The notes: generated from the sequence alone by a model not told the origin. Positions 18,258 through 28,090 are shown, counted from the first letter of the stretch. The stretch is DNA of 61,782 nucleotides from a virus (IMGVR_UViG_3300023174_000175:1-61782); one strand, 5' to 3'. Made by a program: numbers and translations.

Positions 18258-18677
18258 TTATTTACCCTTGTAACGGAAAATCCATTTAGGGTTAACGCCT
18301 TTACCAACTTGCCAAAATGGTGTTGGTTGTGCTTCAAAATGTAGATGCGAGCCCGAATGAGCGTTGCCTTCAACTCCGACATCTGCAATGTGCTGACCCA
18401 TCTTTACGAAATCGCCAGCCTTCACATAAACCTTTTTTACATGTGCGTAGGTGCAGTAATAAGTTTTGAAACGAAATTTGTGCTTGATTGTTGGTGAAAA
18501 TTTTCCTAGGGCTGAACCTTGGGCACCAACTGATGTAACAACACCGTCAGCCACTGCATAGACGGGTGTTCCTAGTGGGGCACCAAAATCTACGCCTTGA
18601 TGCCATCCACTCATCCATTGATTCCCACGAACTCCGTATTCACATGTCACATGAGGATTTTTTACTGGGTATGCCAT
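18258..18677 (-). CDS. M23 peptidase (endolysin candidate)
   Basis: HQGVDFGA..GTPVYA..DG, YAH, HLHFE. Confidence 0.92.
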   Translation of the reverse strand: MAYPVKNPHVTCEYGVRGNQWMSGWHQGVDFGAPLGTPVYAVADGVVTSVGAQGSALGKFSPTIKHKFRFKTYYCTYAHVKKVYVKAGDFVKMGQHIADVGVEGNAHSGSHLHFEAQPTPFWQVGKGVNPKWIFRYKGK

Positions 18678-18898
18678 TATTCTGAACTTCCTTTACCGTA
18701 TCGGGAATCCTGTGGATTCAAATAATTAATAGCAACTGTTAAAATTGCAATTACTAAGGCTGATAAGGCTGGTGACAAATTAAAAGAACCCAGATTATCT
18801 AATAACCATACGGCACTAGCACCAAAACCAATTTTGAGGGCTGTCCCAACTGGACTGGTTGCAACCATGTTTAAAAACTTTTGCCAATACTTTTTCAT
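18677..18898 (-). CDS. Holin-like membrane protein
   Basis: Two TM segments, NYLNPQDSRYG; adjacent to the M23 gene; probable start 18898. Confidence 0.7.
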   Translation of the reverse strand: MKKYWQKFLNMVATSPVGTALKIGFGASAVWLLDNLGSFNLSPALSALVIAILTVAINYLNPQDSRYGKGSSE

Positions 18899-19051
18899 GA
18901 TTCGATGGTACATCTGGGTTTTGACGATTTGGGTTTTAGGCACGGGATTTGCGTAAACTTGCAAGATTGAATTGAATTCCTTGACAGCAATCTGCGTATG
19001 ATTCATGGTCTTGTGTTGGGCATCCTTCCCTACAATTTGGGTTTTTATCCA

Positions 19052-19723
19052 TTATGCTCCCCACGCGCCAGCAACAACAGGATACGAGTTGCCAATTGGC
19101 GTAACACGCAACCAAGACCCTGCGTTTGCAGTTGGCTGAGTAGATGTTGGCGCGGCAGATTGCGCAAAGGTTGGAGTGAGCGTGCCGCCTGTTGTGGCGT
19201 TGCTTTGGAAGATGCCTTTGTATCGAACAAGACCTGTAGCAGATGTTGTGCCTGCACCGCCAACAATCATCTGCAATGTTGTTGTGTAAGTTGAGCCTGT
19301 TAAAGTTGCGGCTGTTCCGTTGTTGTTAGTAAAGAATGAATCCCAATAAAGGTTCTGTTGGGTGTTGCTGAAAGTTAAACCAATAATCCAAGAGCCTGCG
19401 GCAGTAGACGCTTGTTTTGTGATTGAAGAAAAACCTTCAAACAAATAAGTTGTGTTTGGCAGTAGAGATAATTTTGCTGTCGCGCTAGGAAACACAGGGT
19501 ACAAAGTTGTGCCTGTTGTGCTTACTGTTTGAGTAGACAATACTTGTGTAGCGCCAATGCCATTAGATAGATAAGCAGTGTTGTTCCACAACGCGCCAGT
19601 ACCAATTTTTATTGCGTTTGTGTCAGACTCGTAACCTAATTCACCGTCGGCTAATGTTGGGTTGGTGGAAGTCCACAAACTTGCAATACTTCTGCGTAAT
19701 TGAATAAGTGTTTCTCTAGCCAT
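19052..19723 (-). CDS. Tail fibre/receptor-binding protein with Mtd_N-like N-terminus
   Basis: IQLRR...WTSTNPTLADGELGYESDT..IKIG. Confidence 0.75.
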   Translation of the reverse strand: MARETLIQLRRSIASLWTSTNPTLADGELGYESDTNAIKIGTGALWNNTAYLSNGIGATQVLSTQTVSTTGTTLYPVFPSATAKLSLLPNTTYLFEGFSSITKQASTAAGSWIIGLTFSNTQQNLYWDSFFTNNNGTAATLTGSTYTTTLQMIVGGAGTTSATGLVRYKGIFQSNATTGGTLTPTFAQSAAPTSTQPTANAGSWLRVTPIGNSYPVVAGAWGA

Positions 19724-19737
19724 TTAATTTACCCCCA

Positions 19738-20487
19738 TTAGACGAATGACAATCTTGCCCAATAAATAGCGGATGCCGCCGTACCCATAGTAAGTGTTCC
19801 AGCAATACCACCGTTAATGTCTGTCTGTGTTGTTAATGTTGTACCAAGTTTTGGGTTCAAAAAACTAATTGCCGCCACTTGAGATGGAACATAGCCAAGG
19901 AATGACGGCAAAGTTGTCACAGTACCATTTGAATACCAGAAAAATAAAACAGCATAAGTTGTACCAGCATTTAATGTGACACTGGTATCTAGCGTTGCCG
20001 TTACCGCGCCAGTAGCCGCACCGTGAGTAATGCTTTGCGGTGTAAAAGAAATGATGTTGTAAGTAGTATTTCCGTCATACGTTGCAAGAGCGAAACGCCC
20101 AAATTCTGTTGTTGAACCTGTTGATACTTTTGCTGTTGTGCAATAAGCGGTAACTGTATTTACGGTCGTGGTAACTGTTGGTGTAAAACTTGTTGAACGA
20201 ATAACACCGTTAGTATGTGCGCCAACACCTTGAGCATAGAGCCTTGGATAGATGTCTACACCGACAGTTGGCTGAAAATCATTTTTATTGTTATCGGCAA
20301 TACCTAAAGCGGCAAGGTTTGTCCTAGCCCCTGATGCATTGTTAGAACCTGTACCACCATTAGCAACCGCAAGTTGCCCTGTAACAATTTGTGACGCATC
20401 ACCATAAGCCGTACCGCCAGCAGGGCCTGAAGCACCTTGAACAATTGAAACCCAATTTGTTCCATCAAAATACTTTAATGATGTCAT
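19738..20487 (-). CDS. Tail fibre protein
   Basis: LKYFDGTNW, LAVANGGTG..ASGARTNL; T/G/A-rich. Confidence 0.75.
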   Translation of the reverse strand: MTSLKYFDGTNWVSIVQGASGPAGGTAYGDASQIVTGQLAVANGGTGSNNASGARTNLAALGIADNNKNDFQPTVGVDIYPRLYAQGVGAHTNGVIRSTSFTPTVTTTVNTVTAYCTTAKVSTGSTTEFGRFALATYDGNTTYNIISFTPQSITHGAATGAVTATLDTSVTLNAGTTYAVLFFWYSNGTVTTLPSFLGYVPSQVAAISFLNPKLGTTLTTQTDINGGIAGTLTMGTAASAIYWARLSFV

Positions 20488-21350
20488 GCTGACCCTCCAT
20501 TGATAGCCGTGATAGTTGGTGATGTATTTGTATCAGCCCACAATACACCCGTGTTAGATGGGGAGGATGCTCCAATTGCTACACCTGTTGGGATAGTAAA
20601 ATTAAAAATTCTTGCACTTTCAGTACCAGCAGGAACAACATTTGCGGAATTGTAACCATCAACAGTTGTAGTGGTGCCAGCCGTTGCAGTGGCCGCTATT
20701 CCAGTATCACCTTTATCGCCTTTAACGCCGTACACTTGAAACGACCAAGAATTAGAGGTAAATCCTCCAGATTCAGATACTGCTGTAATGTTTACACTAA
20801 TTCCGCTTGTTGAAACTAGACTGCCTACAGTTCCGTAAAAGTATTTACCGTCTAATGCAATTCCGATAATGTTTACTCCAACAAAGTAAGCACCTTGGCT
20901 TGAATTGCCGTCTTTATCAAATGTAGTAAAAATTACACTAGCCCCAACACTTACGGTTCGGTTAGTGTTGCTGGTGAGGTCATAACCTCGCCCTCTAAGC
21001 CCTGTGTTGCCACGAGGGATTGTGAAATCTAATTGGGCCGCGGATGATGTGCCAGAATTTACGACAGTTGCGTTAGTTCCAGCAGAACCAGTAGTTGTTG
21101 AGTTAACTGCAATAGTGGCCGCAGTGCCAGTGTCACCGCGAGGAATGCCAAACGCTAATTGGGCATTGTTAATGGTGCCATTGTTAACAACTGTCGGGGA
21201 AGCACCTGCCGATAATGAAGAAGCAGAAACTGAAATTATTGACCCTGCAACGCCTTGAGGGCCTTGGGCACCAACACTAGACATGTCAACGGTGTAAGTG
21301 TTTTCTGCAACTTCAACAATTACAGGTGCAAGGGTTACATTAATTGTCAT
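20484..21350 (-). CDS. Collagen-like tail fibre protein with internal repeats
   Basis: GAQGPQG, GVKGDKGDTG; three F.IP[RT]G units. Confidence 0.75.
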   Translation of the reverse strand: MTINVTLAPVIVEVAENTYTVDMSSVGAQGPQGVAGSIISVSASSLSAGASPTVVNNGTINNAQLAFGIPRGDTGTAATIAVNSTTTGSAGTNATVVNSGTSSAAQLDFTIPRGNTGLRGRGYDLTSNTNRTVSVGASVIFTTFDKDGNSSQGAYFVGVNIIGIALDGKYFYGTVGSLVSTSGISVNITAVSESGGFTSNSWSFQVYGVKGDKGDTGIAATATAGTTTTVDGYNSANVVPAGTESARIFNFTIPTGVAIGASSPSNTGVLWADTNTSPTITAINGGSA

Positions 21351-21679
21351 CGGGTTGGCTCCGCCGTAACAGTAATTTTGCCTTCAATTAGTCGTGTTTT
21401 TTCACCTGAAGCATTATAAATTTTGAATGAATAAACATAAACACCTGCTGATAGTGCATTGGTTTGGGTATTTGTAAATGTCCAAGAAAAAGTGCCGTTA
21501 CCTAAAACAATACCCCCACCTGTGGCTTGCGTTAAACTGACAATTGGTGAAGCGTCATTAAATGATTTACGGATTTGTAATTTTGCTGTGTAAGTGCGTA
21601 AATCGTAGCCTGAGATTGTGAAAGACAAAGTTTGGTCAGTGTCTTTTGGGATTGTAAAATCTAATGTTCCAGCAAGCAT
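21347..21679 (-). CDS. Fibre-attachment (BppU-like) structural protein
   Basis: DLRTYTAKLQIR...GVYVY...RLIEGKITV. Confidence 0.65.
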   Translation of the reverse strand: MLAGTLDFTIPKDTDQTLSFTISGYDLRTYTAKLQIRKSFNDASPIVSLTQATGGGIVLGNGTFSWTFTNTQTNALSAGVYVYSFKIYNASGEKTRLIEGKITVTAEPTR

Positions 21680-21805
21680 TTAATCATCAGCCTCCAAAGA
21701 TTTTTGTGTTGTTAAACCTAATTCTTCAAGGATTTCACCAAGATTACCCATGTGATTAACTCCTAAGTTTGGTGCGATTTACTTTACCAAAAAAAAATAA
21801 CGGTA

Positions 21806-23410
21806 TTAGACGACTCGCCACCCATTAGCCTGACCCAATGATACGGGAACAGCAGGAATAACGGCTCGACCCTTTGATGGTTCGTACATCGCTAAAAGGA
21901 TTGCTTCACCACGGTCAGGGGATGTCATGCCACGGCGTTTCATTTCCACCTTGGATTCGATTTGGATGCGTCCAGCAGAATCGGATTTGAATGTTGGGGT
22001 GGATAATTGGGCTAGGGTTGCTCTATCTGTATCAAGGGCAACATCTTGCTCTTTAGCGTCATTAGGTTGTAGCAATAATCGCCCGTTCCACCACATTTCG
22101 GCTCTCTGGTTACGGAACTTATCAGGGTCATTTGCTCGTTCTGAAACATTTACACCAATAATGTTTGCGTTCCACTGTTTTTCGTCACACCACTTTTTGA
22201 GCAATGAAACGACACCCCAGCCCACGCCAATGGTGTCAATTTTTACATGTAATTTGTCTTGAACTCCACGCTCTTCATGGATTGCTAGGCATTCCTCAAT
22301 TTCACGGGCTACAACACCTGCAACATCCACGGCGTTATGGTTTTGAATACCAGAGGATTTGTGGGTGATTTTGACCCTGTAACCGTCCATACGGGCAATT
22401 ACGAACTCGTCACCACCATCAGATGCAACATCCACCCCAAGCCTAATACGGGGCGATTCTAAAGGGTTTTCGTTTTGTGATGCTAAATCAGCCCACATAA
22501 ACGGAATTACCTTGTTGGCAACTGCTCGTGGGAATCTTGCATGCACACGGGCTTCCACGAAAGGGGAATCCTCACCAAATTCACCAACAACATCGTCCAC
22601 CCACCTTTGGTCAACTAGGTGCGTTGCTACGGGATGCGGTGCGATGTGTACAGGACAGGATTGGCACATGCCCGTTTCCTCACCCGTAAAATTAGGTGTG
22701 TCATAAGCCCCAATAGGAATCGTTGTATAGAGGTCGCTATTGCATGCCCGTTCAAACCACGAATCTTCTTGGTCTGTGGGTGGATTACCCAAAAGTAGTA
22801 ATCGGGTATTTCCACCCGTCATGAGGGCTTCTAGGGAGCGACCAACAACCTCACCAATACCACCAGCCTCATCCACGATAATGAGCAAATTGGGCATGTG
22901 GATACCTTGGGCCGCCGACTCATCATAGGGATTGGGGCTGAAACCGTAGGCAACAATGTCGCCATTCACTTTCCATGTTTGGGTCAGCACCTCACCTTTA
23001 AGTTTTGCTTTAGTGGCAGTTTTACGAATGTGAGGCCAGATAATGTTGCGTACCTGACGATGCGTTGGGGCGATAGTAACGCATAGCGTTGTACCCACGG
23101 GATGAGCCGATACCCACCAAGCGGCCAGACGGGCTGAAAGGTGCGATTTTCCAGGCCCATGGCATGCTGGAACTGCTACACGCTGATTATTGATTAGGGC
23201 ATTAGCGATTTCTCGCTGTTTCGACCACATCACCTCACCCAAGCCATCTTGGATAAAACCAACTGGGTCTTTTTCCCATTTAGCCCACGGGTTATCAATT
23301 TCGGCATCCAAAAGGTTTGATAATGCCATGCGTTCATCGGGTTCTAGCCCTGCATAGATTTTCATGCGTTCCTGTGGGTCGGCATTGATTAGACGGTCAA
23401 CTAAACGCAT
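21806..23410 (-). CDS. terL: Terminase large subunit
   Basis: ACHGPGKS, IIVDEA, GNP, GVDVA...D, SPDRGEA. Confidence 0.95.
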   Translation of the reverse strand: MRLVDRLINADPQERMKIYAGLEPDERMALSNLLDAEIDNPWAKWEKDPVGFIQDGLGEVMWSKQREIANALINNQRVAVPACHGPGKSHLSARLAAWWVSAHPVGTTLCVTIAPTHRQVRNIIWPHIRKTATKAKLKGEVLTQTWKVNGDIVAYGFSPNPYDESAAQGIHMPNLLIIVDEAGGIGEVVGRSLEALMTGGNTRLLLLGNPPTDQEDSWFERACNSDLYTTIPIGAYDTPNFTGEETGMCQSCPVHIAPHPVATHLVDQRWVDDVVGEFGEDSPFVEARVHARFPRAVANKVIPFMWADLASQNENPLESPRIRLGVDVASDGGDEFVIARMDGYRVKITHKSSGIQNHNAVDVAGVVAREIEECLAIHEERGVQDKLHVKIDTIGVGWGVVSLLKKWCDEKQWNANIIGVNVSERANDPDKFRNQRAEMWWNGRLLLQPNDAKEQDVALDTDRATLAQLSTPTFKSDSAGRIQIESKVEMKRRGMTSPDRGEAILLAMYEPSKGRAVIPAVPVSLGQANGWRVV

Positions 23411-23419
23411 AACCGTAGT

Positions 23420-23944
23420 TTACCCTTCAGATTCTCGCTTGCTTGCTATCTGCATGATTTTGCGTTCCAATTCGTCTGATGCAACATCTATCTTGATTGC
23501 CCCACCATCGGCTCCCGTAACTTCGGTGTGGTCTGTCCGTCCCCACTTTTTTGGGTATGAGCGTTCCAAATACCATGCTGATGCTTGCCATGTTCCCGTA
23601 CTTGCGGCCTGCTGTATTTGCATGACGGCTCGTAATTCGGATTCTGCACGAACCTTTTCTACAGCCACTAAGAATTCTAGAAACACTACCTCGGTTTCAT
23701 CAGGTTTGCTGTCAGGGAATACCTCTAGTCTGTCGCGTTCTTTCTTCCCACGGGCAAGCCAATTGAATAAGGTTGCTTGGCTGATTCCTGCGTAACTGGC
23801 CGCGGTATCTAGATAACATCCTGATTTTAGGGCTTCTAGAATGATTTCTGATTTTTCTAGCGTTAATTTCGTTTTACGACCAACGGCAGGTTTTTTGGCT
23901 GTCGCTTTTTTTGCTGGTGTGACTTTTTTAGGCGTTGCGGTCAT
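23420..23944 (-). CDS. terS: Terminase small subunit
   Basis: GRKTKLT, HTH, WQASAWYLER, EVTGADGGAI; upstream of terL. Confidence 0.8.
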   Translation of the reverse strand: MTATPKKVTPAKKATAKKPAVGRKTKLTLEKSEIILEALKSGCYLDTAASYAGISQATLFNWLARGKKERDRLEVFPDSKPDETEVVFLEFLVAVEKVRAESELRAVMQIQQAASTGTWQASAWYLERSYPKKWGRTDHTEVTGADGGAIKIDVASDELERKIMQIASKRESEG

Positions 23945-24073
23945 GTTTGTGCTTCTTTCGCCTGTTGGTGGTTTTAAGGTCGTCCCATGTCATGAGGAAT
24001 AGGGTGGCAATGAGCAGAAATGCTGTACTCGCTAAAAATACAACTATTGTCCCTGTAATTATTTCGTCAATGC

Positions 24074-24319
24074 TCACGATTCCTCCAGTAATTCGATTGT
24101 TGGGCATGGGTAGATGTATTTGTAATGAAAGCCGTTAGTGCCGATGGTGACATTTTGCTCGCTAATCGTCCAGCAATGCTTACATACCGTTAAATCAGCA
24201 AATTTTTGTGGTTTGTGTAATTGACGGATTTTGTCTTTGATTTCGTTTTGTGCTGAAATCCATAATGTTTGTTGCCATTTGTCTAGGCAACTCTTGAAGG
24301 TGAAACGGTGTTTAGTCAT
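24074..24319 (-). CDS. LH..CxxC..YPCPT zinc-binding protein
   Basis: IRQLHKP..CKHC..YPCPT. Confidence 0.7.
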   Translation of the reverse strand: MTKHRFTFKSCLDKWQQTLWISAQNEIKDKIRQLHKPQKFADLTVCKHCWTISEQNVTIGTNGFHYKYIYPCPTIELLEES

Positions 24320-24561
24320 TCTTGCTCACCGTCTAACGCTTTGATTGTTGGACATGGATAAGGGGTCAGGTATTCTTCCATTCCTTGCTCTACCGAACAT
24401 TCCAAACACCAAATTGTCACACCATGAAGCACACTGTCTTTTACATAATGCTGATTGGTGTCTTCGTATGGTTTGTGCAATTCTCGAACTCGTTGAATGG
24501 CTGATTCTGCAATTTTTAAGCGTTCTAGGGCTTTACGCACATACTCGGTAGTAAATCTCAT
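24316..24561 (-). CDS. LH..CxxC..YPCPT zinc-binding protein
   Basis: RVRELHKP..CLEC..YPCPT; start at 24561 (ATGA overlap). Confidence 0.7.
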   Translation of the reverse strand: MRFTTEYVRKALERLKIAESAIQRVRELHKPYEDTNQHYVKDSVLHGVTIWCLECSVEQGMEEYLTPYPCPTIKALDGEQE

Positions 24562-25745
24562 GAATAAATTATGCCCTGCTCTGGTATTTGTAAGCGGTAA
24601 CTGATGTCTTCGTGTGTTAATCCTGCACACCATCTGTTTATGTCTGCTTTGGGCATACGGAATGCGAATGAGCCAACTTTGCATGTCACTTTCCCTGTGG
24701 TGTCGGGTGCTGGGTTTGGTGCCCCTCCACCTAATAATTCGGCTACATCGGCTGGTTCGTATCCTGTGCCTTTCCAATCGGGTAGGGAACTGATTAGGAG
24801 CCGTAATGCTTCCCTGTCGTATGTTCCGTGGTCGCTGGTGCGGTTATCTACTAAAACTATGCGTGAGGCTTCATCGTCTGTGCATTGAATGTAGGTGACA
24901 GCGATTTGTTTCCAGCCGAGGGCTTTGACGGCTTGGTAGGTGTGGTTTCCTGCGAGGATTGTTCCGTCTGTTCGGGCTACGATGGGTCGGTATTGTCCGA
25001 GTTCTTGGAGGGATTGGGCGATTGCTCCGATGTCCCCTTCTCGTGGGTTTTGTGGGTATGGGCGTAGGGTGTCTATGTCTGCGAGGACTGCTTCGACTCG
25101 TTCTGGTGGGCTTAGTAATGTCGCTGGGTCGTTGTACATTGGCATCGGTGGTGTGGGTAATTGGAGCCATTCCTTGATTGTGGCTATGACTCTTGGGCGT
25201 TTCTGGTCTGAGTCTGCCAGTATTGCCTCTTCCCACGCTTCGTAGATTTGTGCATCTAGAGTCCCCCTGAACTTACCTAACACAAGTTGGTATTCGTCAT
25301 CTTGTGCTTCACGCATTGGTTTGTCATCTGGAGTGAATGGGCTGTTTAGGAGTTCGCTGAGATTAGCAAGGTCATCATCTGTGAATCCTGTCCCTGCAAG
25401 GTCGGGGAGTTCACTAAGCATGCCAAAAAGTGCGTCTTCATTGTATGAACTCAAGTCGGAGGTGCGATTGTCTGCAATCATGATTTTCTTGGCTGTGGTT
25501 TCATCTACATCTACCCACACGACAGCGATTTGAGTCCACCGTAGTTTCTTAACTGCTTTGTATGTGTGATTACCTGCGAGTATGCAGTTATCACGCTTGT
25601 TCACCACTATGGGCTTGTATTGCCCGTGTTTGTCTAGGGACTCAGCAATCTTGTCAATGTCACCGCGTCTAGCGTTTTGTGGATGGGGCGTGATTGAGTT
25701 CACTGGCACTGTTTCAGTTTCAGTGATTCTAATGTTGTTGCCCAT
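24558..25745 (-). CDS. Tandem ParB-like N-terminal domain protein
   Basis: Two repeats of PQN.R.GDI..IA.SL...GQY.PIV...ILAGNHTY.A...DNRTSD. Confidence 0.88.
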   Translation of the reverse strand: MGNNIRITETETVPVNSITPHPQNARRGDIDKIAESLDKHGQYKPIVVNKRDNCILAGNHTYKAVKKLRWTQIAVVWVDVDETTAKKIMIADNRTSDLSSYNEDALFGMLSELPDLAGTGFTDDDLANLSELLNSPFTPDDKPMREAQDDEYQLVLGKFRGTLDAQIYEAWEEAILADSDQKRPRVIATIKEWLQLPTPPMPMYNDPATLLSPPERVEAVLADIDTLRPYPQNPREGDIGAIAQSLQELGQYRPIVARTDGTILAGNHTYQAVKALGWKQIAVTYIQCTDDEASRIVLVDNRTSDHGTYDREALRLLISSLPDWKGTGYEPADVAELLGGGAPNPAPDTTGKVTCKVGSFAFRMPKADINRWCAGLTHEDISYRLQIPEQGIIYS

Positions 25746-25747
25746 GT

Positions 25748-25954
25748 TTACTCCAAGTTTTTGAGTGCGTATGACGCTCTGATTAGACTTTCAGCATCTG
25801 ATTCTCGCCCTTCAGCAATTTCTAGGGTTGCACGAACTTCTAGCCAATGTGCAAACCATTGAGTTGCTACTTGTGCGACTGCTTCGTCCGTGTGGCTGGT
25901 TTCCTCATTGCAAGCAAGTGCTTTAATTAGGCTTTGAGTTGCTGTGTTGGTCAT
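25748..25954 (-). CDS. Hypothetical protein
   Basis: ORF in operon. Confidence 0.6.
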   Translation of the reverse strand: MTNTATQSLIKALACNEETSHTDEAVAQVATQWFAHWLEVRATLEIAEGRESDAESLIRASYALKNLE

Positions 25955-25967
25955 TTCTTATCCCCTC

Positions 25968-26246
25968 TCAAGGATTTAGTGGTGGTCTTCCAACTCTGGC
26001 TTTACCGTGTTCATCTCGCGGAATTTCGTCTTTGATGATTTTGTAAATGTTTTGGTAAGTGGTGCCCATGTACTCAGACATGGTTTTGTAGGTAATGTTT
26101 TTTTCTTTCAGTTTGAGAATGAGTTCTTTACGCCGTTTCATAAGTTTTTCAACTTGGTCGTGGTGTTCTTTCATCATTCCCGACACCAACCTGAGTTCTT
26201 CAAGTTGGCGTTCAGTTTCTTTACCTGCTGGTCGTATGAATGCCAT
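25968..26246 (-). CDS. HTH DNA-binding protein
   Basis: TYKTMSEYMGTTYQNIYKI; C-terminal GRPP. Confidence 0.7.
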   Translation of the reverse strand: MAFIRPAGKETERQLEELRLVSGMMKEHHDQVEKLMKRRKELILKLKEKNITYKTMSEYMGTTYQNIYKIIKDEIPRDEHGKARVGRPPLNP

Positions 26247-26629
26247 TACGAGGTTCCTGTTCCTTTTATGTGTAGTGTTAATCCGTTTTTTGCTCTTGTT
26301 GGTTGCATGAATGTGATTGAAGTTAAAAACTTTGGGGAATCGTCTTCCATCACTCCTGCATCTACGAGTCCATCAATGGCCGCTTTGCTTGCTGGGTTGC
26401 ATGCTCCGACATCTTGAAGTCGTCCTTTTTCTTGCTGTACCTCAACTGTGATTTGTACATCTGTGAGTTGGGGTATTTTTTGCTGTTTGGCTAGGTAGAA
26501 AAAAGCAGTTCGCCATGTTTTGACATTGCTTGCCCGTTCCCACCTATTTCCTGCTCTTTCTGCATTCGTTGTCCATGGTTTTTGAGCAAAATGGAGCGTG
26601 AACTCGTGGGTGTGAGTTTGGCTACACAT
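26246..26629 (-). CDS. rusA: RusA-like Holliday junction resolvase
   Basis: D...KAAIDGLVDAGVMEDD. Confidence 0.8.
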   Translation of the reverse strand: MCSQTHTHEFTLHFAQKPWTTNAERAGNRWERASNVKTWRTAFFYLAKQQKIPQLTDVQITVEVQQEKGRLQDVGACNPASKAAIDGLVDAGVMEDDSPKFLTSITFMQPTRAKNGLTLHIKGTGTS

Positions 26630-26636
26630 AAACCGT

Positions 26637-26665
26637 AGTTTAACAACTCTAGTTGTGTATTACAA
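26637..26665 (-). promoter_or_regulatory. Putative sigma70-type promoter
   Basis: TTGTAA-17-TAAACT with TG extension. Confidence 0.5.
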
Positions 26666-27046
26666 GTCATTCTGTGTCCCATTTTCTGTAGTTTCTACCC
26701 ATAACAATTTGGTTCCATCGTTTAAAATGGTAAAAATTTGCCCCTCTTTGTTTTTGAAAGGTATGAGTTCAGGGTTTTGTCCTCGTTTTACGAGCAATCC
26801 GAGTTCTGTAGCCTCTTCGCGGTTGGACTCAACCCATCCGTGGCATCCTGTGGTTCCTGAGCCACATAACACCAACAGATTGGCTGGCTGATTGATTTCT
26901 TTGACTCTGGTTCCACCCATTCCCCGTGGTGTTCGGTGATGGACATTCAATGAATTGTTTTTCCATCCGCAATACTCGCAAGTAAAATACGCTCTTGCTA
27001 AAACTTCACGCCTAGTATCTGGGTGAACTCCTTGTGATTTACTCAT
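26660..27046 (-). CDS. HNH endonuclease
   Basis: CEYC..HHR..RGMGG..NLLVLCGSGTTGCH. Confidence 0.9.
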   Translation of the reverse strand: MSKSQGVHPDTRREVLARAYFTCEYCGWKNNSLNVHHRTPRGMGGTRVKEINQPANLLVLCGSGTTGCHGWVESNREEATELGLLVKRGQNPELIPFKNKEGQIFTILNDGTKLLWVETTENGTQNDL

Positions 27047-27363
27047 TTTATCCTTCTTAGTTTTGCTAGTGCTTCTTTGAACTCTTCTGTTGGTGGAACA
27101 CCTTGCTGGGTTCTGCGTTCCAAACTTGCTTGTTGTAGGCTCTCATCACGCTTGTAAGCCCTCCACGGGACATTTAGGTGGCTAGGCATGATTCTCTCGT
27201 TGGAAACGCTGTAGTGGCGTTTTAGGGCTTCTACACCGAACTCGAAAGTAAGGTCGCTATCCAAAACGAGTTCCCAAGCGTAAACACGGGCTTCATCCAC
27301 CGAAATTCGGTCATCTATGGACTTAACCATCGTTAGCAATCTGGCGAGGTCTGAACGCTTCAA
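27043..27363 (-). CDS. Replication accessory (helicase loader/inhibitor-like) protein
   Basis: D.R...AW..VL...AL.RHY...IMP.H; follows the replication initiator. Confidence 0.55.
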   Translation of the reverse strand: MKRSDLARLLTMVKSIDDRISVDEARVYAWELVLDSDLTFEFGVEALKRHYSVSNERIMPSHLNVPWRAYKRDESLQQASLERRTQQGVPPTEEFKEALAKLRRIK

Positions 27364-28090
27364 TTCCTGCTACCTGTCCTTCCTGTGCTTCAAACTGTTT
27401 GACCAAATTGAGTCCCGTATTGAGATTATCGCTACGGGCACTGGTCGTGGAACTGCGAGTCCCATTAGCGGTTATCCATGCGTAAGAGGAGTCCAGCCGT
27501 GCGTGACCATCGGTTGCACACTTCTTAGCAGATTCTATGAGTCGGGTCGGCTCAACCCCTTGTTCAAGCAAAACACGGGCTTCACGCGACAACTGTCCAA
27601 TCTGACGAGTCAACGGTTTTTCCCCATGCAACTCAACCCAAGTATCCACATAAGCACCTACGACTTCTCTAGCCGTAATTGGTGCATCAACCGCAGGTTG
27701 TAACTCTATAAGTAAGTCTTTTGTATTAGTTCTTTGTATAGTGCCTGATTTACCGATGACTGGAAATCCGTCTTCGGTGTTTTCGGGGTTTGCAAACTCT
27801 GGATGGTCATAAATTGTCCACAGGGTTTCCCAATGCCCTAACTCGTTTTGTGATTTGGAGCGTTTAAGATAACCTGCTTCTTCCATCTCGGTTAAACATT
27901 TGCGAATCGCATCACGACCCTCAACTGCTTCTTTTGCAAGGGAAATTGAGTCCGTTCGCCAATTATCTGGCAATGACAAAATGTAAATTAAGAGTCCACG
28001 GGCACGGTAGGACAAACGGGTGTCTTGAGCGACATCGTTACGAACTACCGTGAACCCTGAATGTGGACGCTGGGCACGGATAATGCTCAT
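27323..28090 (-). CDS. HTH replication initiator protein
   Basis: FTVVRN...D.RLSYRARGLL.YILS.PDNW...EGRDAI...L.E.E.AGYL. Confidence 0.85.
   Translation of the reverse strand: MSIIRAQRPHSGFTVVRNDVAQDTRLSYRARGLLIYILSLPDNWRTDSISLAKEAVEGRDAIRKCLTEMEEAGYLKRSKSQNELGHWETLWTIYDHPEFANPENTEDGFPVIGKSGTIQRTNTKDLLIELQPAVDAPITAREVVGAYVDTWVELHGEKPLTRQIGQLSREARVLLEQGVEPTRLIESAKKCATDGHARLDSSYAWITANGTRSSTTSARSDNLNTGLNLVKQFEAQEGQVAGIEAFRPRQIANDG

Noticed and set aside
19052-19723. Diversity-generating retroelement suggested by the Mtd_N-like domain
   Set aside because: No reverse transcriptase and no template/variable repeat pair were seen.
21927-25764. Numerous plus-strand ORFs antisense to terL and the ParB gene (and similar ones across the genome)
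   Set aside because: They are shadow frames of well-supported minus-strand genes, with no RBS or recognisable motifs.
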